Shown here piece after piece: positions 35,945 through 44,077 of a stretch of DNA of 64,000 nucleotides; position 1 is the stretch's first letter; each line of letters opens with the position of its first letter. Position numbers and translations under genes: made by a program. The stretch is taken from assembly GCA_949296805.1 (NCBI GenBank), contig CASFPO010000045.1, forward strand, positions 37,330 through 101,329, in the 5' to 3' direction. The notes below the pieces were generated by a model. The model searched no databases and had not been told where the DNA came from. It worked only from the letters and a program-made list of their open reading frames with translations. This DNA is from an uncultured Bacillota bacterium (GTDB lineage Bacteria > Bacillota > Clostridia > Christensenellales > UBA1242).

Positions 35945-36502
35945 ATGGAAAAAGTACTTTCAGAAAAAGAACAGATAGTTTTGCATAAGCTAATAATGTT
36001 ATTTGTGATAGATAAGATGGAAATTCCTCTTACCGAGGATTCTATCTTAGATATTTGTAGCGTCAAAAATGTTTGGATAAAAAATTATATGGACTGCAAA
36101 GCTATTATCCACGATTTAGTGGATAGCAAACTTTTATATAAGATTGGAGATGAAAGTGAAGGCAAGGAGCTATTTAATCTAACCTATGAAGGTAGAGAAT
36201 GTTTGTCTAACTTGTACAGAAGGATTCCTTTGTCAACACGAGAAGAGATTTCTGCCTATATTCAAGCCAACAGACTTAATGTTAAGTCTTCTCAAGAATA
36301 TAGTGCAACCTATTCTAAAAATGATGATGGCTCCTACAATGTAGAGCTAAAAATTTATGAGCCTTTGATAACTAAGCCTATGTTTACTTTAAATATAAAA
36401 GCACCCTCACGCCAAGCCGCAAATGAAGCCATCCACAAATGGAAGACAAAAGCTCCAAACATATACGAACTTATATATGAAAAATTGATTAACACCGATT
36501 AA
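35945..36502 (+). CDS. DUF4364-like (winged-helix/PadR-like) protein, tentative
   Basis: About 185 aa. The N-terminal LSEKEQIVLHKLIMLFVIDKMEIPLTEDSILDI pattern recalls the DUF4364 family common in Clostridia. Assignment is from memory. Confidence 0.5.
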   Translation: MEKVLSEKEQIVLHKLIMLFVIDKMEIPLTEDSILDICSVKNVWIKNYMDCKAIIHDLVDSKLLYKIGDESEGKELFNLTYEGRECLSNLYRRIPLSTREEISAYIQANRLNVKSSQEYSATYSKNDDGSYNVELKIYEPLITKPMFTLNIKAPSRQAANEAIHKWKTKAPNIYELIYEKLINTD

Positions 36503-36550
36503 AAAGCTATTATGCAATTGTTATAAAAACATTACATAATAGCTCTTTTT
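36501..36550. terminator. bidirectional terminator hairpin (copy A of the CTATTATG..CATAATAG element)
   Basis: agctattatg (36505-36514) pairs with cataatagct (36535-36544), flanked by an A-run and a T-run. Lies between the convergent DUF4364 gene and rnhA. Confidence 0.7.
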
Positions 36551-36551
36551 A

Positions 36552-36986
36552 TCATATAATTTTATCGATTTCACTTCGTGCAAGAGCATCGCACCTGTTA
36601 TTATACTCATTATCCGAATGCCCCTTTACTTTGTGCCAAGAAATATGGTGCTTGCCTATAAGATTCAATAATTTTTGCCATAAGTCTATATTTAAAACTT
36701 TACCTTTTGTCGTTTTCCAACCGTTATTTTGCCAATTTTCCACCCAGCCAAGCAAAAAAGCGTTAACAACGTAAGCTGAATCGCTATAGACATCAACAAT
36801 GCAAGGCTCCTTTAACGCTTCAAGCCCTTTTATTACAGCAGTCAGTTCCATACGATTATTTGTTGTCGCTTGCTCCCCGCCAGATAATTCTTTTTTATGG
36901 TCTCCGTAAAATAGTATTGCTCCCCAGCCTCCCTTACCAGGATTGCCAGAGCAAGCCCCATCGGTATATAAGATAATGTTTTTCAT
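36552..36986 (-). CDS. rnhA: ribonuclease HI
   Basis: YTDGACSGNPGKGGWGAIL, TTNNRMELTAVIKGLEAL, SDSAYVVN and KVKGHS...N..CDALA carry the DEDD catalytic motifs. Confidence 0.92.
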   Translation of the reverse strand: MKNIILYTDGACSGNPGKGGWGAILFYGDHKKELSGGEQATTNNRMELTAVIKGLEALKEPCIVDVYSDSAYVVNAFLLGWVENWQNNGWKTTKGKVLNIDLWQKLLNLIGKHHISWHKVKGHSDNEYNNRCDALARSEIDKII

Positions 36987-37390
36987 CAGTCAACCTTTAA
37001 ACTTTTTTGTATATCTTTAAGGCTTTTAGGATTTTTTGTAAGGCTAGGAAAAACCTTAAGTCCATCTTTGTCTTTCCTTGGCAAAATGTGAAAATGGAGA
37101 TGGAAAACACTTTGTTCAGCACTCTTTCCACTTGCGTTTAAGATATTTACTCCATCAAAACCGCAATTTTGAGTTAAATGCTTCGAGATTTTTTGGATAG
37201 TTTTTATCACATTCTCTAAATCTTCCTCTCTTGCATCTAAAATATTCTCACAGTGGTGCTTTGGCACTACCAAAATATGACCATTTCCATCGTTACTTAT
37301 ATCAAGAAAGGCATACGTAAACTTATCTTCATAGATTTTATAGGAAGGCAATTCCCCTTTTATAATTTTACAAAATATACAATCATCCAT
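36986..37390 (-). CDS. HIT family (histidine triad) protein
   Basis: CIFCKII N-terminus and the histidine triad HLHFHILPR. The stop overlaps the rnhA start (TGATG). Confidence 0.88.
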   Translation of the reverse strand: MDDCIFCKIIKGELPSYKIYEDKFTYAFLDISNDGNGHILVVPKHHCENILDAREEDLENVIKTIQKISKHLTQNCGFDGVNILNASGKSAEQSVFHLHFHILPRKDKDGLKVFPSLTKNPKSLKDIQKSLKVD

Positions 37391-37405
37391 AGTTTAACCT
37401 CTTAA

Positions 37406-38254
37406 TTAATCTTCAAGGAGATACAAAATACCCAAGGTATTTTCTCCGCAGTGGCAAGTTATCGTTCCGCCAGCAACTGATGAGACAACTTCATCAAAGA
37501 TATCCTTGCTTTTTACATACTCTACAACTTCCTCAACAAACTTTTTATCACTGCAAGTATGAGTGATAAAGCATAAATCTTTTTTGATGTTGCTATGCTC
37601 TCTAAGCATATCATCAATATATTTATAGATAACGCTATTAAACTTGCCCATATATTTGCCAGTATTTTCTATCTTGCCATCAACAAGTTCTAGCCTCGGC
37701 TTGATTTTTAGCAAATTTGCACCAAACCTTGCCATTGCCGAGCATCTTCCACCCTTATATAGATAATCAAGTTTATCAACTACAAAGGATGTTTGATTAT
37801 ACTCAGCTTGCAGTTGAACCTTTTTGCAAATTTCTGCACTTGAAAGTCCCCTCTTTACAAGTTGACAAGCATACAGCACAAGCAAGCCTATACCTGTAGA
37901 TAGCGATTTACTATCTAATATGTGTAATTTATCACTTCCAATTTCAGTCTTGGCTTGACAGGCATAACTATAGGCAGAGGAAAGCTTACTTGATATGCCT
38001 AAGTATATAACCTCATCTCCATTTTTAAGCAAATCTTGAAAGAAAGCTTTAAAATCCTCTATACTTCTTGCCGCAGTTTTAGGAAGTTGCCCTGTTTTTT
38101 CAACATACTCGAATATAGCTTTTGGAGAAATATCGATTCCATCTAGATATTCCTTATCATTCAAAATAATTGACAATGGAAACACTGTTATATTATTTTC
38201 TTCAATTTGATTTTTATTAATATCTATGCAACTATCTGTACAAATTTTTATCAT
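37406..38254 (-). CDS. DegV family fatty-acid-binding protein (FakB-like)
   Basis: 282 aa. IKICTDSCIDI N-terminus, PKTAARSIEDF, and the overall DegV length and pattern. Confidence 0.85.
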   Translation of the reverse strand: MIKICTDSCIDINKNQIEENNITVFPLSIILNDKEYLDGIDISPKAIFEYVEKTGQLPKTAARSIEDFKAFFQDLLKNGDEVIYLGISSKLSSAYSYACQAKTEIGSDKLHILDSKSLSTGIGLLVLYACQLVKRGLSSAEICKKVQLQAEYNQTSFVVDKLDYLYKGGRCSAMARFGANLLKIKPRLELVDGKIENTGKYMGKFNSVIYKYIDDMLREHSNIKKDLCFITHTCSDKKFVEEVVEYVKSKDIFDEVVSSVAGGTITCHCGENTLGILYLLED

Positions 38255-38383
38255 AACAAACCTCTTAATTATTATAATATATTATCTTTTATTTAGCAAA
38301 TCAATTTATCAATATTATAATATTTTATAGGTTATTATGTATAATAGTCGCAATTCTACGCACACTAACAATGGAGGTTGGAA

Positions 38384-38545
38384 ATGAGTAAACAATGGAA
38401 ACCTGGTGAACAAGCACCAAAATCTGGAAGCTATTCTTGCTATGATAAAGATGGCAAATGTGGCGGAAGTTGCTACCTTGAAAAAGGACAGCGTTTCCCT
38501 GCAACACAAAATTCTGGCTCTCATTACGAAATGGACGAAGAATAG
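38384..38545 (+). CDS. YjzC-like small protein (53 aa, below the ORF-track cutoff)
   Basis: Manual translation: MSKQWKPGEQAPKSGSYSCYDKDGKCGGSCYLEKGQRFPATQNSGSHYEMDEE*. GGAGG SD with a strong terminator after the gene. The pattern KpGe.APksG.Y........v.l.kGqrFP.t resembles the YjzC family. Confidence 0.65.
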   Translation: MSKQWKPGEQAPKSGSYSCYDKDGKCGGSCYLEKGQRFPATQNSGSHYEMDEE

Positions 38546-38549
38546 CATA

Positions 38550-38582
38550 AAATTATCCGCTTAATTGCGGATAATTTTTTAT
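38550..38582 (+). terminator. intrinsic terminator after the YjzC-like gene
   Basis: Perfect 9-bp stem attatccgc/gcggataat followed by a T-run. Confidence 0.8.
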
Positions 38583-38640
38583 ATAAATTATTTTTTTGTT
38601 ACTTGACAAAGGCTTGGCAGTAGTGATAAAATTAGTTTAT

Positions 38641-38731
38641 GCAGAGATGGTCGAGCGGTTTAAGGCGCACGCTTGGAAAGCGTGTGAGGTGTAATTAGCC
38701 TCCGCAGGTTCGAATCCTGTTCTCTGCGCCA
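38641..38731 (+). tRNA. tRNA-Ser (anticodon GGA)
   Basis: Acceptor stem GCAGAGA/TCTCTGC, then G and an encoded CCA. Anticodon stem-loop CACGC-TTGGAAA-GCGTG, a long variable arm, and the T-loop GGTTCGAATCC. An upstream TTGACA..GATAAAAT promoter is present. Confidence 0.93.
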
Positions 38732-38734
38732 AAA

Positions 38735-38772
38735 ACAAAAATAATCCTACTTCAACTTAGGATTATTTTTTA
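38735..38772. terminator. bidirectional terminator between tRNA-Ser and the DUF378 gene
   Basis: 9-bp stem ataatccta/taggattat flanked by an A-run and a T-run. Confidence 0.7.
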
Positions 38773-38784
38773 TTTAGAAAATTT

Positions 38785-39012
38785 CTATACCCTATTATAA
38801 AGTCCATTTGTCAGCACTACTCCGCCATCAATGGCAACTGAGATGATTAGCCAAATGGTTGCAATTAGAACTAAAATATATATAATTCTTTCAACTATTC
38901 TATTACCCATACTTATGAATGCTACGAGATTAAAATTAAATAGTCCTACAAGTCCCCAATTTAAGCCTCCGATAAGCAAGATAATATATGCTATCCAATT
39001 TGCAATTATCAT
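38785..39012 (-). CDS. DUF378 membrane protein
   Basis: The 75-aa protein with IGGLNWGLVGLFNFNLVAF matches the DUF378 signature (GalNWGLvG.f.fnLVa). AGGAGG SD. Confidence 0.8.
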   Translation of the reverse strand: MIIANWIAYIILLIGGLNWGLVGLFNFNLVAFISMGNRIVERIIYILVLIATIWLIISVAIDGGVVLTNGLYNRV

Positions 39013-39078
39013 TTTTTACCTCCTATAGTTATCTTGTCTCAAATTGCAAATTTTATACTTTTCTATTATGATTTTGTG

Positions 39079-39176
39079 GGTGCTTGTCAAAGCCTCAAAC
39101 AAGTTTGAGGCTAAAAAGCTTTACACATAAAGCTTTTTGGCAAACTCAAGGCTTGAGTTTGCTTTTGACAAGCACC
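39079..39176. other. 98-nt compound palindrome predicted to fold as a four-way junction (13-bp closing stem plus three hairpins)
   Basis: Closing stem ggtgcttgtcaaa (39079-39091) pairs with tttgacaagcacc (39164-39176). Hairpins: gcctcaaa-caag-tttgaggc (39092-39111), aaaaagcttta-caca-taaagcttttt (39113-39138) and caaactca-aggct-tgagtttg (39141-39161). All pairs are Watson-Crick and the junction linkers are 0 to 2 nt. It starts at the last base of the mnmA stop codon. Confidence 0.6.
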
Positions 39177-40270
39177 TAGCTTATCTTAGTTCCATCCTTT
39201 TTAAAACTGCTATCAATAGTTCCGCCACCTAGACAAACGCCTTTATCATCATACAAAACCACAAACTGACCAGGAGTAATAGCTCTCTGAGACTCTTTAA
39301 ACTCAACTTTAATATTATCTTGATCTATTACACTTACCTTAACTTTTTGGTCAGGCTGACGGTATCTAAATTTTGCCAAACAGTCAAACTCTTTCTCAGA
39401 AGGTGCTTTAGGTATCCAGTTCATTCCACTTGCAAAAAGGTAATCTGAATATAACAAGTCATCTTCCCCTTGCGAAACATAAAGTATATTATTTTTTAAA
39501 TCCTTTTTTATCACAAACCATCGCTGTCCATTTCCACCCTTTAGTCCTCCAATATTCAAGCCTCTTCTTTGCCCTAAGGTATAGTACATAAGCCCATCGT
39601 GAGTGCCAACTTGATTGCCAGCAAGATCCAAAATCTTACCCGGAGAGGCTGGTAAATAATCTTTCAAAAAATTTTTAAAATTTCTCTCCCCAATAAAACA
39701 TATACCCGTGCTATCCTTTTTGTCGGCATTAGAAAGTCCAAGCTTATGAGCTATTGCTCTAACCTCGTTTTTGTTAATGTTTTCAAGCGGAAATACCACA
39801 CTGCCTAGTTGCTCTTGACTTAACTGATTTAAAAAATACGATTGGTCTTTATTTAGGTCGCTTGCTTTAGCTAGATAAAACATTCCATCCTTTTCTATTT
39901 TTTTTGCATAATGCCCAGTGGCAATCTTATCCGCTCCCAATTTTTTAGCTTGTTCAAGAAAAGGTCCAAACTTAACTTCACGATTACATAAAACATCAGG
40001 ATTAGGAGTTCTGCCCTTTTTATATTCCTCTAAAAAATACTCAAAAACTCTATTATAATATTCTTTAGAATAATTTACCGAAAAATATGGTATACCGATT
40101 TTGTTACAAACCCGTTTGACATCTTCATAATCTTCTTCCGCCGTGCAAGTGCCATCTTTCTCTTCCCAATTTACCATAAAAAGTCCAATGACCTCGTGGC
40201 CTTGTTCTTTTAAAAGATAAGCAGACACTGCAGAATCTACACCGCCACTTATACCTACTACTATTCTCAT
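39176..40270 (-). CDS. mnmA: tRNA 2-thiouridine(34) synthase MnmA
   Basis: [17 protein letters not shown]-loop, NPDVLCN, ATGHYA and DQSYFL motifs. Confidence 0.95.
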   Translation of the reverse strand: MRIVVGISGGVDSAVSAYLLKEQGHEVIGLFMVNWEEKDGTCTAEEDYEDVKRVCNKIGIPYFSVNYSKEYYNRVFEYFLEEYKKGRTPNPDVLCNREVKFGPFLEQAKKLGADKIATGHYAKKIEKDGMFYLAKASDLNKDQSYFLNQLSQEQLGSVVFPLENINKNEVRAIAHKLGLSNADKKDSTGICFIGERNFKNFLKDYLPASPGKILDLAGNQVGTHDGLMYYTLGQRRGLNIGGLKGGNGQRWFVIKKDLKNNILYVSQGEDDLLYSDYLFASGMNWIPKAPSEKEFDCLAKFRYRQPDQKVKVSVIDQDNIKVEFKESQRAITPGQFVVLYDDKGVCLGGGTIDSSFKKDGTKIS

Positions 40271-40914
40271 TTATCTTCTCCTGTATCATCATTTTTATTA
40301 TTGTCATCTTTTGATGTATAACTTATCTGTTCATTTTGCAAAGCTTTATTATCTACTTCATTATCAGGCTTATCCTTTTGTAATAGGTCTAGCTCATTTT
40401 TAGCTTCCTCTAAAAATTGTTCCCCGTCTCCCTCCGAAGTCAAATCAATTGCAACAGGAACTTTAAATTTTTTTAAGAATATCATTAAAATATCATAAAA
40501 CCACATTAGCAAAACAAAGCCACATAAAGAGGATAAAACACCTAGCAAAGCACCATCATTAACTTGAGAAATTGGCGTGTTAAAGATAACTAGCAAAAGC
40601 ATAAAAATAAAGTTACCTAGCAAAATACTGCCCCTTGCAAATCTGCCAACATAAAAGCAATGTCCTCCAAAGGCACCTAAAAAAATAGCATAAAGAAGCA
40701 GTCTTAAATAACTTACATCACTCGGCAATTTGCTGACCTTGATGATAAAATCTCTGTCACGCCTTAATATTTTCCTTTTTGCATCCTTGTTTGTTGCAAT
40801 CTCAAGACGAGAAAAAATTAAGCCACAGTCATTACATTTTTCTGCACCTTCAACATAACTTAAACCACATCTTGGGCAAGCTTTAATTTTATTAAACTCT
40901 CTCCTATGCAACAT
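40267..40914 (-). CDS. zinc-ribbon / TM2-domain membrane protein
   Basis: N-terminal CPRCG...CNDCG zinc ribbon. TM2 signature [24 protein letters not shown]. The stop overlaps the mnmA start (ATGA). Confidence 0.7.
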   Translation of the reverse strand: MLHRREFNKIKACPRCGLSYVEGAEKCNDCGLIFSRLEIATNKDAKRKILRRDRDFIIKVSKLPSDVSYLRLLLYAIFLGAFGGHCFYVGRFARGSILLGNFIFMLLLVIFNTPISQVNDGALLGVLSSLCGFVLLMWFYDILMIFLKKFKVPVAIDLTSEGDGEQFLEEAKNELDLLQKDKPDNEVDNKALQNEQISYTSKDDNNKNDDTGEDK

Positions 40915-40954
40915 ACAAAAATTATATACTTTCTATCCCTTATTGTCAAGTATA

Positions 40955-42337
40955 TTAAGAGTTCTTTACTCTATCCTTTGCATTATTAAAATAGATATAG
41001 CCTGCATTATCTTCTGGATAATTTTTAATATATTCTTGAAAATAATTTAAGGCTTTTTGATATTCTCCATTGTCATAACATATTACGCCACGTTCAAACA
41101 ATCCTTTATTTTTTACCAATTTTGAAAGGACTTCTTTAGGATAGACATCTATTTTTTCAAACAATAGTATATCTTTGCCGTTATAAAAATTGATATTTCC
41201 AAGATAACGGTAGGCGAATTTATACCTTAACGGCAAATCATCTAAACAGCTTTTAGTAAAAATAATCTTAACTTGCAAAAATGCTATAATCTTATCCATC
41301 TTCGCTAGGACTTCTTGTTCATTAGAAACTATATCAAGTTCTTTTTTCTCTTCATTTAATTTAAAAGACGGCTTGCAAGAGTAGATGGAAATTTTTTCTT
41401 TGAATTTATTGATAGCAGACTTATTTTTTATTCTAACTAATCTGCTAACAGCAAGCGAGCAATCAAGTGCATCTTCAGCTGTTTGAAAAACAATTTCTAT
41501 ACCCTCTCCAAGATATTTAATTATAAATCCGCCAAAGCGTTTTATAACTGGCACAATCTCATTTAGATATGAATCTAGCAACTTATAGTCACTCTCCAAA
41601 GTTTTTTCACTGCTTTCTAGTTTAATTACCATTAAAGTTGCCTTTTTGCTAACCAAAGCACCTCGCTCAAGCTCTTCAATATTCGATTTGCCAAAAAATC
41701 TAACACATTGCCTTGAGATATCTTTCTGGGAAAGGCTAGCTTTTTTCAAGGAGTTATCTTTTTCCTTATAGTTATTATTAATTTTATTTAGGCTATGTTC
41801 GATATTTTTAAACTGTTTGCTTCCTCCTACTTGAAGATTATTTTCTTTAACCTTTCCGTCTCCAAGTCTAGACACAATTTTTTCTACTTTGTTTACAGGT
41901 TTACAGATGAAAAAATAGTTGACTGACAGAAGTACAATAAATAATAAGGTAACTAAAATTGCCCAAAGCACTGTGTTATATAAATTTTCTTGAGAAAGGT
42001 TTAACGCCGAACGCACCGACAAGGCTAAGTTATTGTTTAGATTTGACATTTCTGCAATCAAAAACATCGTTGCACCATATATTACAATTAAAGGCACGCT
42101 AGAAAAAAATAGCACTCTTTCTAAGCTTAGCGACATTAAAAATCGTACATATAAAATTGTGCCGAGCAAGACTGAGGCAACTGATAAAATTATTGCAATA
42201 ATGCCTTTAGTATCAAAATTAAAAACAAAGCCATTTTCGGTGGCTTGTATACCAGCAAAAATGGAACTGCCCAGCACTAAAGCAGGTATAGTTACTAATA
42301 CAAATAAAACTAACAATATCTTTGTTGACTTTTTCAT
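40955..42337 (-). CDS. polytopic membrane protein with a degenerate class III nucleotidyl-cyclase-like domain and a C-terminal TPR-like motif
   Basis: About 6 N-terminal TM helices. KATLMVIKLESSE...VIKRFGGFIIKYLGEGIEIVFQTAEDALDCSLAV...IIFTKSCLDDL...YLGNINFYNGKDILLFEKID follows the CHD pattern (vtvlFaDi.GFT...i...gG.v.K.iGDa.mavF....A...a...ilvs......l...G...lKG...pv.vyev), but both metal-binding Asp positions are replaced. The C-terminal YQKALNYFQEYIKNYPEDNAGYIYF looks like TPR. Confidence 0.45.
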   Translation of the reverse strand: MKKSTKILLVLFVLVTIPALVLGSSIFAGIQATENGFVFNFDTKGIIAIILSVASVLLGTILYVRFLMSLSLERVLFFSSVPLIVIYGATMFLIAEMSNLNNNLALSVRSALNLSQENLYNTVLWAILVTLLFIVLLSVNYFFICKPVNKVEKIVSRLGDGKVKENNLQVGGSKQFKNIEHSLNKINNNYKEKDNSLKKASLSQKDISRQCVRFFGKSNIEELERGALVSKKATLMVIKLESSEKTLESDYKLLDSYLNEIVPVIKRFGGFIIKYLGEGIEIVFQTAEDALDCSLAVSRLVRIKNKSAINKFKEKISIYSCKPSFKLNEEKKELDIVSNEQEVLAKMDKIIAFLQVKIIFTKSCLDDLPLRYKFAYRYLGNINFYNGKDILLFEKIDVYPKEVLSKLVKNKGLFERGVICYDNGEYQKALNYFQEYIKNYPEDNAGYIYFNNAKDRVKNS

Positions 42338-42440
42338 ACAAATATCATTTGCAAACTTTTAAAATGTATGCAAAATACAAATTAAAAATTATAAGGTATG
42401 AAATTAAAAAAAATACACATAACAATTAAAAGGAGAAATT

Positions 42441-42884
42441 ATGGAAGAAAAAGAAAAACTTACTGAATACTTGAACGCAATTTATCAAAACATAAAAACT
42501 GCGGTACAATCTATAGAAGATATTTTAACAAAGGTAGAAGACAACAAATTGCAACAAGAACTGGCAAGAGAGCAAGATAAATATCAAGCTCTTGAAAAGG
42601 AATGTGAGCTTTTTGCAAAAGCCGAAAAGATAGAAGGTATTAAAGATAATAATTGGTTTGAAAAAGCAAAGTTATGGAGCTCAATAAATATGTCCACAAT
42701 GACCGATAAAACTACTAGGCACATTGCCGAGCTTATGCTACTTGGCACATTTATGGGCATATTGACTTGCGTGAAAGATCAAGCAGACCATCAAGGAATT
42801 TCAAAGGAACTTGATGAGATTTTAGAGAAGCTTAAAGCTTTTGAAAGAGCCAACATTGATGCACTTTTACCATTTTTAGTGTAA
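42441..42884 (+). CDS. hypothetical helical protein
   Basis: 147-aa ORF with AGGAG SD. Predicted all-helical and coiled-coil-like. No recognised domain. Confidence 0.6.
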   Translation: MEEKEKLTEYLNAIYQNIKTAVQSIEDILTKVEDNKLQQELAREQDKYQALEKECELFAKAEKIEGIKDNNWFEKAKLWSSINMSTMTDKTTRHIAELMLLGTFMGILTCVKDQADHQGISKELDEILEKLKAFERANIDALLPFLV

Positions 42885-43772
42885 AGAATTATTATAATCC
42901 TCTTTTAACAAATCACATATTTTAGTGCTAACAGGAATTGTAATAGATAATTTTTTAACCTTTCCCTCGTCTAAGTAGATAGAGTTGCCATTTTTTAATA
43001 TTACTACAAAAATAGTGTATTTGTTTACTTCAATATGTTTAAGCAGTTGCGAGAGCGTGACCTCACTATTCACAGAAAGAAAAATTGTTTTAGAAAAATC
43101 TTTTGTCTTCTTTTTAAAAACATTTATAGGTTGATAGCGACATTCAAATTTCGAGTCTATTATACCCAAAATCAAGAAACAACCACATAGGCATAAAGTT
43201 GGATTAAAGTCAATAAACAAACTTACAATAAACAAACTTAGCAGTAAAAAAGAAAAGAAGTAATTAAATTTTCTAGTAATATTTACTGCCTTTTCTCGTG
43301 TAAGATATTTTTGTAAATAACTTGCCAGCACCCTGCCACCATCAAGCGGATAGCAAGGTAACAAATTATACATCCCAAGCATTATTGACTGCCCTGCAAT
43401 ATCGCTTGTAAAGTTATAAACCTCAGGAACAATCCACCATAATGAAACAAGCACAAGGGTAATAGCAAAATTTACAACTGGGCCAGCAATTGCTATTATA
43501 ACCTCATCCCTACTATCAAAAGCCCTTTCGCTATAATTTAAACTTACCCCATATGGAGCAACAAAAAAACCGTCAAGCTTGTAGCCCAACTTTTTTGCAA
43601 CAAAATAATGCCCATACTCGTGAGCTAAAACTACTAGAACAAAAGTGACAAAGCATAAAAGATTATCATTTAAAACAAACCAAAGAAAAAGTAAGATAAA
43701 TGTAGGATGAATAGGCAGTTTACTCTTTATCCATTCAAGCTTTTTTGTTACAGCTTTTAGCTTACCCTTCAT
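42876..43772 (-). CDS. M50 site-2 metalloprotease, SpoIVFB-like
   Basis: HExxH within a TM helix (LAHEYGHYFVAKKLG) and NLLPCYPLDGGRV (the LDG motif). Start trimmed to the ATG at 43770-43772 (MKGKLKAV). The C-terminal soluble domain could be CBS-like. Confidence 0.8.
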   Translation of the reverse strand: MKGKLKAVTKKLEWIKSKLPIHPTFILLFLWFVLNDNLLCFVTFVLVVLAHEYGHYFVAKKLGYKLDGFFVAPYGVSLNYSERAFDSRDEVIIAIAGPVVNFAITLVLVSLWWIVPEVYNFTSDIAGQSIMLGMYNLLPCYPLDGGRVLASYLQKYLTREKAVNITRKFNYFFSFLLLSLFIVSLFIDFNPTLCLCGCFLILGIIDSKFECRYQPINVFKKKTKDFSKTIFLSVNSEVTLSQLLKHIEVNKYTIFVVILKNGNSIYLDEGKVKKLSITIPVSTKICDLLKEDYNNSLH

Positions 43773-43774
43773 TT

Positions 43775-43924
43775 TTAGTAACCCAAGAGCCAAAGCACGC
43801 CAAGAACAACCTCTGCAAGTAGCAATATTATAAATAAAATCTTAAAAATGAGCAATCTGTTTATCTTTACTTTTACTTTAACAAAGTTATATTGTCTGCC
43901 ATAACTTTTAACCTTTTTTATCAT
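43775..43924 (-). CDS. possible 49-aa single-TM peptide translationally coupled to the M50 protease gene
   Basis: Manual translation: MIKKVKSYGRQYNFVKVKVKINRLLIFKILFIILLLAEVVLGVLWLLGY*. The stop lies 2 nt before the protease ATG. No convincing SD, so the call is low confidence. Confidence 0.25.
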   Translation of the reverse strand: MIKKVKSYGRQYNFVKVKVKINRLLIFKILFIILLLAEVVLGVLWLLGY

Positions 43925-44042
43925 AATCTATTCTATGTCAATTTATAATAAATCATTCTAAAAAAGCGGTGGTAAATTTAAAGACTCTGTATTGCTAAAT
44001 TCCCATCGCTTTTAAGTTTATAGCCAAATCACTGCATATAGT

Positions 44043-44066
44043 AGCTATTATGTGAAACATAATAGT
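44043..44066. repeat. short copy C of the CTATTATG..CATAATAG hairpin element
   Basis: agCTATTATG-tgaaa-CATAATAGt, 12 nt downstream of the scpB stop. Same 8-bp arms as copies A and B. Confidence 0.5.
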
Positions 44067-44077
44067 ACATATTGTAT

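Noticed and set aside
38315-38548. Two minus-strand ORFs (77 and 60 aa) between degV and tRNA-Ser
   Set aside because: The plus strand here encodes a 53-aa YjzC-like protein with a GGAGG SD and a strong terminator. The minus-strand ORFs have no SD and odd Cys/Phe-rich sequences.
40125-40307. 60-aa minus-strand ORF in an alternative frame across the mnmA start
   Set aside because: It overlaps the conserved PP-loop region of mnmA in another frame, with no SD.
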